Positions 21,183 to 31,200 of a stretch of DNA of 64,000 bases are shown one piece after another. The DNA comes from a virus, in IMG/VR virus record IMGVR_UViG_3300024999_000080, positions 12,878 through 76,877 of that record; one strand, given 5' to 3'. The notes under the pieces were generated by a model that had not been told where the DNA came from, ran no database searches, and saw only the letters and a program-made list of their open reading frames with translations. The position numbers were made by a program, and so were the translations under genes. The stretch's first letter is position 1. Each line of letters begins with the position of its first letter.

Positions 21183-21806
21183 ATGAGTTTTATTGAAAAT
21201 GTTTCAAATTATTCTGCTAGGTGGTTGGCATCAAAAGTACCTAATGATAAATATCCTACAGTAGAAGATCAAATTGAGGTTTTTACCTATGGTTTTATGG
21301 TTATATGGGGATTTATATTTAAGATCATATTGATGGTATCATTAGCATATATCTTTAATATTATAATCCCTATTATAATATTAACATTGACTTTCAGTAG
21401 TTTAAGAATTATCGCAGGAGGATACCATTTAAAGACCTATAATCGCTGTATGATTATTAGTGCTTTGCAATTCATTGTATCAGCATTAATAATCAAACAC
21501 ACATATCAATATTGGCCTATCCAAAACATCTATTCTCTGCTATTCTTTTGTGTATTAACGACACTATATATAATCTTCAGATATATTCCAAGAGACACAC
21601 CCAACAAACCCATTATAGACCCTTTACAGATTAAAAAGTTTAAACGATGGTCATTATACTACCTTATCGCATGGACAGTTGTAATGACCATCTTCCTACT
21701 GTTTAATGTACATATAATTGTAATTGCAAGTTGTTTTGGGTTATTGTTGGAGCTTTTTAGTGTGGGTAGAATAGGGCAATCGATATACTCTAAGCTAGAT
21801 TCATAA
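21183..21806 (+). CDS. agrB: Accessory gene regulator B (autoinducer-processing membrane peptidase)
   Basis: YG near the N-terminus, LRIIAGGYHLKTYNRC (catalytic His/Cys), PRDTPNKP. Confidence 0.92.
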   Translation: MSFIENVSNYSARWLASKVPNDKYPTVEDQIEVFTYGFMVIWGFIFKIILMVSLAYIFNIIIPIIILTLTFSSLRIIAGGYHLKTYNRCMIISALQFIVSALIIKHTYQYWPIQNIYSLLFFCVLTTLYIIFRYIPRDTPNKPIIDPLQIKKFKRWSLYYLIAWTVVMTIFLLFNVHIIVIASCFGLLLELFSVGRIGQSIYSKLDS

Positions 21807-21906
21807 TTAAGTTTACTTATATCATTAAAAGGAGGTGATGTTTTATGTGAATTTAATAATATCAATAAAAAAATAATATTTAAATAGAAAGGACATTTAT
21901 TGCAAA

Positions 21907-22635
21907 TTGGAAACATATAAAGATTTAACTGGATTAGTATTTAATAATTGGACTGTTCTAGAATTATCGAACAGAACAAATAAGAAAGATGATAGATATT
22001 GGAAATGCCGTTGTAATTGCGAATATAAAACAATTAAACATGTAGCAGAAAGGGCATTGTCTTTTGGCACATCAAGAAGTTGTGGTTGTTTACTAGGAAA
22101 AATACCATCTAAAAAAATTGCAAAGGTTAAACCTGATAAAATATTAAAACCTCCAAAAGACAAAATAGTTAAACCTAAAATCGTAAAACCTTTAAAAATT
22201 CTAAAGAAAAGAATTTATAAAGTAAAAATATCTGATAGTAAAGAAATTAAAATATCATACAACAAAAGAATAATGAGCATTTATAGCGGAATGAAACAAA
22301 GATGCTATAACCCTAAAGCTAAAGGTTTTAAATATTATGGGGGCAAAGGAGTTGTTATTTGTGATGAGTGGTTAAATGATAGAAAGTTATTTTATAATTG
22401 GGCAATAAACAATGGATATTCTGATGAATTAACTATTGACAGAATAGAAAATGATGGGAATTATGAACCAGACAATTGCAGGTGGACTACTTGGGAAGAG
22501 CAAGCCAATAATAAATCTAATACTGTATATTATAGATATGAAGGAGAAATTAAATCTTCATTGGATTGGTGCAAAGAAACTTGGTTAACTTTTGAAACTT
22601 TAAAGAACATATTTGATATACATATCCTGCATTAA
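21907..22635 (+). CDS. HNH homing endonuclease
   Basis: WKCRCNC, SCGC, MKQRCYNP, YGGKG...CDEW, TIDRIENDGNYEPDNCRW. Confidence 0.85.
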   Translation: METYKDLTGLVFNNWTVLELSNRTNKKDDRYWKCRCNCEYKTIKHVAERALSFGTSRSCGCLLGKIPSKKIAKVKPDKILKPPKDKIVKPKIVKPLKILKKRIYKVKISDSKEIKISYNKRIMSIYSGMKQRCYNPKAKGFKYYGGKGVVICDEWLNDRKLFYNWAINNGYSDELTIDRIENDGNYEPDNCRWTTWEEQANNKSNTVYYRYEGEIKSSLDWCKETWLTFETLKNIFDIHILH

Positions 22636-22661
22636 GAATAGGCGAACAATTTAGCACAAAA

Positions 22662-22678
22662 TGTCGAACATATGTACT
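22662..22678. promoter_or_regulatory. Overlapping Spo0A-box-like TGTCGAA and LexA-box-like CGAACATATGTACT
   Basis: One mismatch to GAAC-N4-GTTC; located upstream of the 22809 gene and the repressor block. Confidence 0.35.
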
Positions 22679-22808
22679 ATTTTTGTTATGATGTTTCTTG
22701 TATAGTAATTTTCCCTATGATATAATATTATTAAGGAGGTATTAAGAGAGTCGAGGTGTTATTTGTAGAAATTACCATAAATTAAAATTAAAGGAGAAGT
22801 GAATTATA

Positions 22809-23165
22809 TTGAATTATTGTAATACTTCTAATGAACAATCCATATGGGTAATTAAAGACCAAGACGGTAACTTCGCTCACAGGAATAGCATTGGCAAGTC
22901 TGGAAAGAATACTTACCTATACATATCTTTTAAAACATTTTCTCCTGAATGTAAGGGATATATAGATAAAGAAAGTGCTGAATCCGCTTTACTTGAGTTA
23001 AATAAAAGAAAGCATATCATGGGATTGCACAATTCTTTTAATTTAGAATATAATATCTTAAGCGAAATGACTAAACTGCACAGGGAATTTCAAGGTGAGA
23101 ACATGGTTTTATACGAGATGGCAAAATCTGATTGTTCAGATTTCCCAATATCAAAAGCGATGTAA
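22809..23165 (+). CDS. Hypothetical protein
   Basis: RBS plus 118-aa ORF followed by a hairpin at about 23185-23221. Confidence 0.6.
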   Translation: MNYCNTSNEQSIWVIKDQDGNFAHRNSIGKSGKNTYLYISFKTFSPECKGYIDKESAESALLELNKRKHIMGLHNSFNLEYNILSEMTKLHREFQGENMVLYEMAKSDCSDFPISKAM

Positions 23166-23241
23166 TTATGCACATATAATTATAATGAACTGCACTGGTC
23201 GCGTCGATAGGTGTGGTTCATATAAAAATAAGTATAATTTC

Positions 23242-23270
23242 TTGACATTAGAGTAATAATTGTATATAAT
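23242..23270 (+). promoter_or_regulatory. Consensus sigmaA promoter of the putative repressor operon
   Basis: TTGACA-17 nt-TATAAT. Confidence 0.85.
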
Positions 23271-23308
23271 GATGTTAATATTATTTTAATGTGAAGGGGT
23301 GATATTTA

Positions 23309-24667
23309 ATGCTTAAAGAAAAATCAGTTGAATTGATCCAAGAATTAAATCCATTAATCGTTAAATATTCTAGCAATGACAAAGTAAGGAAAATAATTTT
23401 AGATGAGTTCTCTAAGAGGAATATGAGTGGTCGTTTAGCACTTTCTATCCTTAATGAGAAAAGGGCATTATCAACATTAGACATTGATGAAGGTAAAGAT
23501 TTAGTATTATTATTTGTTTTTACAAATGCAATGTATGATGCATTAAATTTTAAAACAGATGATGATTCTCCAATTTTAGGAGATATCGATGAAGTATTAA
23601 GTATTGTTCCAAGCAATTTCTTTAATGAAATAGAAATGCAGAATATGGAAAATTATAAAGAGGAGAAAAGAGTAGAGACGAAAAAGCAATATGTGTTTCA
23701 TAATATGCTTCGTGCGGCTGATGGGCATTATAAAGGTTTAGATCATGCTAAACATCTTGCAGAAATATATGCAGAAAATGAAATTATTTATAATTTTAAG
23801 AATCAACGTGATCCGCATATTGATATTTATGGAGAAAAGAGAATTCAACTTGATAAAAACAAAGTAGAACGAATAATGAATAGACTGCTTGAAGGAATTC
23901 AATTTTCAGATGATATCAAATTAAATATACTTCATGATGGTGAAGATGAATTATATTTTAATGAAAAAACTGGAGATTTAACCTATATTTCTGGAAGTAT
24001 TAATATATTTGATGGTTATCATAGACTCATAGCTAATTCTTTAGCTATCGCAAAAAATGCAGAATTAGAGTTTAACTGGGGGTTAGTAATTACTAATTTC
24101 AGTGAGAATAAAACATTAGAATTTATGACCCAAGTTAATGAGCAAAAACCCATGAAAAAAGAGCATATAAAGAACCTAGATTCTTCAAGATTGGGAAATG
24201 TTGTAGTAGATGCAATTAGAGACATTGGTACTAGTGAATTTGGTCAGAATATTAAAGAATCAGATGCAGAATTGAAGTTTTCTGGTATGACAAAAAAGTC
24301 TACTTTAGCTATTAGTATAGAAGAATGTTATAAGGAAAAACTAACCAATAGACTTCAAGCAAAGCCCATAGCAAAGCATATTGCTAACGTTATGGACTAT
24401 ATCATTGGATTGAATGTTGAAGAGTTTATAGAGCGTCCTGACGCTTCTCAGACATATATCAACCACAAGAATATGTTCTCTGGATATGTTGCTTTATCAG
24501 AAAGATTATATGATGTAAAGAATTGGGAAGACTTATTAGAAGAAATTCTTAATCAAATTGATTTCAGTGTTAAAAATCCTTTCTGGAAAGATATTGGAAT
24601 ATCAGATTCCGATATGAAAAAATCTACCAGAAATAACCTATATAAATTCTTTCAGAAATTAGTTTGA
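23309..24667 (+). CDS. DGQHR/DndB-ParB-like protein (SPbeta YopQ-like)
   Basis: YNFKNQR, IFDGYHRL, F.QVN..KP; size and position directly before an integrase-fold gene. Confidence 0.6.
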   Translation: MLKEKSVELIQELNPLIVKYSSNDKVRKIILDEFSKRNMSGRLALSILNEKRALSTLDIDEGKDLVLLFVFTNAMYDALNFKTDDDSPILGDIDEVLSIVPSNFFNEIEMQNMENYKEEKRVETKKQYVFHNMLRAADGHYKGLDHAKHLAEIYAENEIIYNFKNQRDPHIDIYGEKRIQLDKNKVERIMNRLLEGIQFSDDIKLNILHDGEDELYFNEKTGDLTYISGSINIFDGYHRLIANSLAIAKNAELEFNWGLVITNFSENKTLEFMTQVNEQKPMKKEHIKNLDSSRLGNVVVDAIRDIGTSEFGQNIKESDAELKFSGMTKKSTLAISIEECYKEKLTNRLQAKPIAKHIANVMDYIIGLNVEEFIERPDASQTYINHKNMFSGYVALSERLYDVKNWEDLLEEILNQIDFSVKNPFWKDIGISDSDMKKSTRNNLYKFFQKLV

Positions 24668-24686
24668 TTAATATATTTAATAAGGG

Positions 24687-25742
24687 GTGTTTAATATGTC
24701 CATCAATGAAGTTAACGAAGAATTGCAAGATGAAGAGGTAGTATTTGAGGTTGATTCAGAAGTTAAAAAGGAGTTTCTAGAAAATCAATTAAAATCTACT
24801 AGAAGTTTCTACACTTATGTCCTCAAAAGAGCAGATGAATTTGAAACACAGGTTGGCAAGAAAATTTATGACTTCAATATTGAAGATCGTGATGAAATGC
24901 TAACTGTTCAATTCAAGAATAAGAACAAATGGACGTTTCAATCTGCTTTATCTCCTTTAAAAACTTATGTTGACTTCTGTATATCTAAAAGTTTAGTTAG
25001 ACATAATGAGAACAGATTTATGACCATTCTTCCTGCTGATTATAAGGATTATATTAATGACCAAGCACAATGTAATTCTTATATTCCTTTATCTAAATCT
25101 AGAGAACTTCAAAAAAGGTTGAAAAATGATCAAGATAAATTGATTATAGAGTTATCTAGTTTGTCTGTCAGAGGAAGAACTGAAAAGGGGAATACTCTTG
25201 AAGAACTCGTAAATTTAAAGGTTAAAGATATTAAATGGAAGACTAAAGAATTATATCTTACTAAAAACAATGGTGAACAAAGATATATTGAAACTGATGA
25301 TTACACATTAGGTTTACTCAAACGAGTTATAAATCAAACTTTCTATGTCTCTAATAATGGGTTAAAATCTAAGAAAAATGAGGATGGTATTTATGAAGAG
25401 ACTAATAGAGGTAGGGCTATAAGTCCGACTGAATATGTATTTAGAGTTCCCGGAAAGAACAGATTAGGTAAAGTAGATTATCAATTTTTCACTAGCAGAA
25501 TTCAAAGGATGCAAGGTTGGTTAGAAGCTCCTTATTTGACTAGTTCGAATTTATACTTCTCAGCGATTTTAGACTATGCAAAAGAGAAGATGGATGAAAA
25601 AAAGGCAAAAGGAGAAAAATGTGAATTAACCAGAGAAGACTATATTCAAATTAATGAGCGATTTGAGTTTGGTGAAAATGGAGAAAAATATGTATTCAAA
25701 ACCAGAGATTTAGTTAAAATGTATTTTGGTAATGGAGAGTAA
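24687..25742 (+). CDS. Tyrosine-recombinase-fold protein, probably a catalytically inactive repressor (SPbeta YopR/MrpR-like)
   Basis: SAM-like N-terminus, VRG...EELVNLKVKDI box I; the H-x-x-R box II is replaced by SNLYFS. Confidence 0.6.
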   Translation: MFNMSINEVNEELQDEEVVFEVDSEVKKEFLENQLKSTRSFYTYVLKRADEFETQVGKKIYDFNIEDRDEMLTVQFKNKNKWTFQSALSPLKTYVDFCISKSLVRHNENRFMTILPADYKDYINDQAQCNSYIPLSKSRELQKRLKNDQDKLIIELSSLSVRGRTEKGNTLEELVNLKVKDIKWKTKELYLTKNNGEQRYIETDDYTLGLLKRVINQTFYVSNNGLKSKKNEDGIYEETNRGRAISPTEYVFRVPGKNRLGKVDYQFFTSRIQRMQGWLEAPYLTSSNLYFSAILDYAKEKMDEKKAKGEKCELTREDYIQINERFEFGENGEKYVFKTRDLVKMYFGNGE

Positions 25743-25747
25743 ATATT

Positions 25748-26152
25748 ATGAAAAATACACTTTTAGAAATGTGGAAAAAATACAATTTACTTCTCTCTTT
25801 TAAAAATGAGATGAATAAACGCGGATATCCATCAAAGAGTCTGTATAGTATTGAAACACAAATGAGTGTTTTGATGCTATTGATTGAAATCGAAAGTATA
25901 AATGTTTTAGAAACCTTACTAAAAGGCAAAACTTATTTCAGATTATTAAAGAAAATTAACAGGGGATTTGAGTATTTATATGAAATTGTAGAATCTCCAG
26001 AGGACTGGGTATTAAACAAAATTGAAAATGATGTTGATGCATGGATTGATTCAAATGTATTAATTTTTACATGCAAAAGTTCTACTGCTGTATTTAGTAA
26101 GATATCACGCAAAAGTGATGGAGCAAAATATATTGATGGAAAATTTCAATAG
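25748..26152 (+). CDS. Hypothetical protein
   Basis: ORF in the same operon. Confidence 0.55.
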   Translation: MKNTLLEMWKKYNLLLSFKNEMNKRGYPSKSLYSIETQMSVLMLLIEIESINVLETLLKGKTYFRLLKKINRGFEYLYEIVESPEDWVLNKIENDVDAWIDSNVLIFTCKSSTAVFSKISRKSDGAKYIDGKFQ

Positions 26153-26155
26153 GAG

Positions 26156-26572
26156 GTGTGCTTTATGAATGTAGGGGAAAAAATTAGTCTATACAAAGAA
26201 AGATTAAATTTTAGAGATTATCAAGAATTTGGCAGGGCAGTTGGTATCAGTGGCAATTGGATAAATGAAACATCTAAGAAATCAGAAATTAAACAAATCA
26301 ACGATTTGGGTTATTTAGTTAAATTATGTGGATTTTTAGGCATCACGATAGATGAATTTTTAAGAGATGACATAATTGAAACAGATGAATCAATTGAACT
26401 TAATATTATTGATGCAAATACGGAAGATATTGGCATTTTGCTCAATAATATGATATTATTACTAGGGAAGCAGGGTATAAAAATAGATGGAGCGTTAATG
26501 AATGATAAAAGCAAAGAGATTTGTATAGATAGTCTTGCGGTAGTAAAAACACTAGTTAAACAGCATTTATAA
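26156..26572 (+). CDS. XRE-family HTH regulator
   Basis: VGEKI...QEFGRAVGISGNWI...LVKLCGFLGITIDEFL. Confidence 0.75.
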   Translation: MCFMNVGEKISLYKERLNFRDYQEFGRAVGISGNWINETSKKSEIKQINDLGYLVKLCGFLGITIDEFLRDDIIETDESIELNIIDANTEDIGILLNNMILLLGKQGIKIDGALMNDKSKEICIDSLAVVKTLVKQHL

Positions 26573-26588
26573 ATGGAGGTTAATAATT

Positions 26589-27449
26589 ATGGTTCGAAAG
26601 AATTATAGGTCTGTAGACACCTATGAGATGGATGATATAGAAGTTTACTCACTAGTCAAAAATGGCAGTCTAAGAGCATTCCCTTCGGGGTTTTGGGAGG
26701 GAGTTGCAGGTCTTCAAACTGCTAAGAAAATTCTAAAATATGTTTTCGAAAATCTTTTAAATTGGTCTATTGAAGATATCAAGGCTAAAACCACTAGAGA
26801 GTTGTTTGAAGAATATAAATTAGTTGGAATGGTTAGCACTACATTCGATGGTAGCATGTATATCGCCATTGGCGAAACTTATCCTGAACTTAAAGAATGG
26901 GCAGATGAATTATATCAAACAAATGAACATGCTGATTTTGTTCATAGGAGATATTCAGATGATGAATTAATTGGGATTATTCAAGAAAAAGCAGAAGATT
27001 TAAAGAGAATTCCAAAAGGTGTTGACATGAAAGCACCTAGTAGTGGAATTTATAATCGGAGATTTGGTTCATGGGAGAAATCTTTGATCAAGGCAGGTTT
27101 AATCAAAGATATCTATAAAAACGTTGATTTTGAAAAACATTCGAAGGAATCAGTAATTTCTAATTTAAAAGAATTATTTGCAAGTAAAGAAAGAGTATTA
27201 GACAAGAAAGAAATACTTTCTATTTATCCAGAAGGATTAATCAAAGAATATTTTGGAACTTATAATAACCTTGAGAAAGTTATTGTAAGTGAGTATACTA
27301 AAAAGGATCTTATCAAAATATTAAAAAAGAAGAAAGAAAAATTAGGTAGAATTCCAAACAACAAAGATATGAAGTTTCCAATGGCTATTGTGTTTATAGA
27401 TAAGTTTGGATCTTGGCAGGAGGCGATAGATAAATTGGAGAAAACTTAA
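26589..27449 (+). CDS. DUF4046-like protein with homing-endonuclease-associated (FGSW) repeats
   Basis: FPSGFW, Y.FENLLNW and repeated LGRIP...FGSW..A units. Confidence 0.6.
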   Translation: MVRKNYRSVDTYEMDDIEVYSLVKNGSLRAFPSGFWEGVAGLQTAKKILKYVFENLLNWSIEDIKAKTTRELFEEYKLVGMVSTTFDGSMYIAIGETYPELKEWADELYQTNEHADFVHRRYSDDELIGIIQEKAEDLKRIPKGVDMKAPSSGIYNRRFGSWEKSLIKAGLIKDIYKNVDFEKHSKESVISNLKELFASKERVLDKKEILSIYPEGLIKEYFGTYNNLEKVIVSEYTKKDLIKILKKKKEKLGRIPNNKDMKFPMAIVFIDKFGSWQEAIDKLEKT

Positions 27450-27544
27450 ACTATTTATTAAATTATTGAGGTATAATTTTATATCTCAATAGTACATAAA
27501 ATTATATGATTAATCAAAATATAATAAGAAAGTGAGTTAAGTGA

Positions 27545-28153
27545 ATGAGGAGAAATCCACTAAAGCATACTAAATTATTCGTCACCTTGATTAGTGTGTT
27601 TATTCTCGCAAGCAGTGTAAACGGAAATAATATTATAAAAGAAGATATAATTAATATCAAATCTATTAATGCTAATTTAGGAAGTGATGTAAATGCAAAT
27701 ATATTAGAACAACTTAGAAAGCAATACATAATAGTTAAGACTGAGCCAATTATACCAAAGTCAATTATCCCAATTCAAATTAAACCGAAAGAAAACCCAA
27801 TCTTCGTTATAACCGCATACGATTTATCTATTAATTCTTGTAGTAAATCTAGAGGTGATGTTGGATTCGGCATTACTAAAAATGGAACAAGCTTAAAGAA
27901 TAAAACATGGCCTAGCACTAAAGTAATATCTGTCGATCCAAGAATAATTCCTTTAAATGTAAAAGTTAAATTGACATTTATAGATGCAAAACATAAAAAA
28001 TACTCGGGGAATTATAAAACCGTGGACACGGGTTCAGGAATAATCGGCAATAGGGTAGATATATTCTTGGGAGATTTTCATAGCAATAGAGCAAGTAAAG
28101 AAGCAATTAATTTTGGAATTGGGTATGCAACTGTAACAATCTTAGAGGATTAA
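27545..28153 (+). CDS. Secreted 3D-domain (lytic transglycosylase-like) protein
   Basis: Signal peptide; ITAY, GITKNG, SVDPRIIPL, DTGSGI.GNRVDIF. Confidence 0.85.
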   Translation: MRRNPLKHTKLFVTLISVFILASSVNGNNIIKEDIINIKSINANLGSDVNANILEQLRKQYIIVKTEPIIPKSIIPIQIKPKENPIFVITAYDLSINSCSKSRGDVGFGITKNGTSLKNKTWPSTKVISVDPRIIPLNVKVKLTFIDAKHKKYSGNYKTVDTGSGIIGNRVDIFLGDFHSNRASKEAINFGIGYATVTILED

Positions 28154-28202
28154 TCATATTGTGAACAAATTAGTAAATATAAATATAAATTAAAGAGGAG
28201 AT

Positions 28203-31200
28203 GTGTTATTTATGATTAGAAGACCTGCAAAAGAAACCTTTATTAACGATATCTGGTGTGCGATTCCTTACAAAAATAATAAGGATAAAATTAGGATTAC
28301 TAAAGAACTAGAAGCAAATAGACATCGGAGAGGCATTAAATTTATTGAAGATGATGAACGTGGAAATATAATTTATTCTCATAAAATGGAGCAAGGTGCA
28401 TTTCATTGATACATAAATCTAAAAATATTTTTAAATAAATCTTACCAAGACCCCCATAATTTACAATTCCCATTCGTATAATCTTATAAGGATTAAATAA
28501 AATTATAAAGAAAAGAGTGAAGAGTAATATGAGAATTACCAAAAGTGTAGAAGTTACAAAAAATGAACAATTTCTAGTAGGTTCTCTTTGTAATAAATGT
28601 GGTGAAGTGTTTGAACCGCATGATGATAAAATACAATCATTTAATTTACAACTTGGGTATCACAATTGGCAATATGAACTCTGTGACGATTGTATTGTAG
28701 ATATGGTTAGAAGTTTTCTTATAGTCCCATCTGGCTTTATGAGCGATCCTAATTTTACTTCTTCATTCGATATTGACCATGAATTACACCAAAATTTGTT
28801 TGACGAGTGGAAACTATCAGGCAAATGGAATTGTGATGAAAATCCTTGGAGAGACTTCTATAGTGAAGATAATTCAGATCAAGAATTTGAATCTTATGAG
28901 GAATATTATGAAGAAATTTCTAATGCAATAGAAGTACGCAAACCATTACGTATCAACGTTGTAAGGTTGGCAACTATTCATAAAATTGGACTTGTAAAGG
29001 AAAGGGGCAATAAAATTAAATGAAAAAGCAAAATGAAGATAAATACTTACCATATACAAAGAAAGATTTTAGAAAATATTGGTGTGATCCTGAATCTAGT
29101 TTTCTAAAGATGCAAACCTTCGAAATTATTAGACCCCTTACTGAAAAGGAGAAATCTGATTGGACAAAAGGTGAAGGCTATGATTACAATGAGGAAATGT
29201 ATTTAATTAGAAATAATAATGGCGAGGAGCGTGAAGTCTTTGATGTCGAAATTCTTATTGAATATGAAATAGACTCTGAGACATGGAGATGTTGTATAAG
29301 TAATTTGCTAGAAAGTATGGAATACGATGATGAGGTTATTATGGAATTTATAAAAGAATGTAAAATAGAACAGTATATTAAAAAACATTGTTAGAAAGGA
29401 GTTGATGGGTTAAATATGATTTTGAGCAATGAAGAATTAATCAAACTTAAAGTATTGATATTGGCAGATTTAGATGAAGAAGATAATTATAATTGTATGA
29501 AATGTACTCCTGAAAATCCTTGTTGTAATTTAATTAGCATATGTAATAAATATGGAACATTCAATTTTATTGATGGTGCAAAGGATATGGTTAGAGATTT
29601 ACTTGATACCATTGAAAGTTTGAAAGATGATTTATTTAATGCAAGCATAATTGACAATTGTATAAATTGTGAAAGAAGTAATAGAACATTAGAGAGATGT
29701 ATTTTAGAAGGGGATGAGGAATTGGAATGCCTTTCAGATAATTATAATTGGCATATTAGAAGGAAATAAGCAAAGTAATTACTATATGAAAGGATGAGAA
29801 AATATTGTATAAAAAATTATTAGACAAAGGATTTAAACCTTACTATTATACCAATGATGATTTCCTAACCTCTACATCGTGCAAAAGTAGATTATTTTAT
29901 AGTCTAAAAGTTAATAACGAAGATTTACAAAACTCTATATTAAATGTGCTAAACAAATATAATGATTATTTCTCTATTTTATTAGAGCAAGATTTAGTAT
30001 CTTGGATTGAAACTGATGAATATTTAGAATCATTTTGGTGGTATTTTTATAATACAGATAAAGATAATATTGAAATATCTTCAGAAGAAATGAAGAAAAT
30101 ACTAGAAGTTTTACCTAACAAATTTATTTTCGAACATAAAGATTGGTAAATAAAATCTATGTTTGATTCTAAGTTAGAAGAAAGGAGAAAATTATGATTT
30201 GGTTCCCTTGGGGAATGGTATGTGGAATATTATTGTCTGTAGTATCATTTAGTAGGTATTTATACAAATACAAATTAGATTTATTATTAAAGGCTTCTAA
30301 TGGAGATTTAGAAGAAATATTAAATCATGTAGTAAGATTAAGATTGGAGGATCAATAAAATTGGAACTAAAAAATTACTCTGAAGAATGTTTAAAATGCA
30401 AATGTAGAACTTGTAAATCAACATATGATAGATCAGATATGTATGCCACTTGCTTTACATGGTGTGAAGAACATTGTAAAGGAGAAGATCCTATTGATTT
30501 TAGAGAAGATATAAATAAGGAATGTCATACTCCAATCATTGATGATAAAAATATAATGATAACCGTAGAAGAATATAAAACTCTAAAAGAAAAGGCAAGT
30601 ATGTATGATGATTTGTGTAAGTAGGAAGGAGTAGCTTATGAAAATGAATTTTTCCATAAACATTGACAATAGTGATATAGACTATGTTGAATCTGAGATA
30701 ATTAAAGAGTCAGCAAGACAGGTGATTAATGAAGTTTTATCAAATAGATATGAACATCATGGAAGAACCTTTAAAGATAAATTGAAAGAAGAAATTAAAA
30801 CTATGTTGACCGACATAATGGATACTGATTTTAAAAATGAAGTTAAGAACGCTTTAGTATTAGATTTAGAGAAAAAATATATAAGAACAAAACAATACAA
30901 AGAAGTTAAAGAGCAGTTTGAAATATTATCTGAAACTGAAACAAAAGCAGGTTTGAAAGATTTTATAAGTGACATTGTTAAAACTGAAATTAGAACTAAG
31001 TTTAAATAAAATACAGATTTCGAGTTAAGTAAAATAAAATTTAGGAGGAAAACAAATATGAATAATAAAGAATTTGACATTAATTACATGATAGGTGATA
31101 ATCTTATTAATTTTCAAATCGGTACAGAAGTATACTATATTGAAAGTAAATACTCTGAAAAATATGAGTATTGTAAAGAATGTAAAACTGGTCATTCAAC

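Noticed and set aside
24687-25742. Active prophage integrase
   Set aside because: The H-x-x-R box is missing and no att site or host junction is nearby; a repressor role fits better, though residual activity is not excluded
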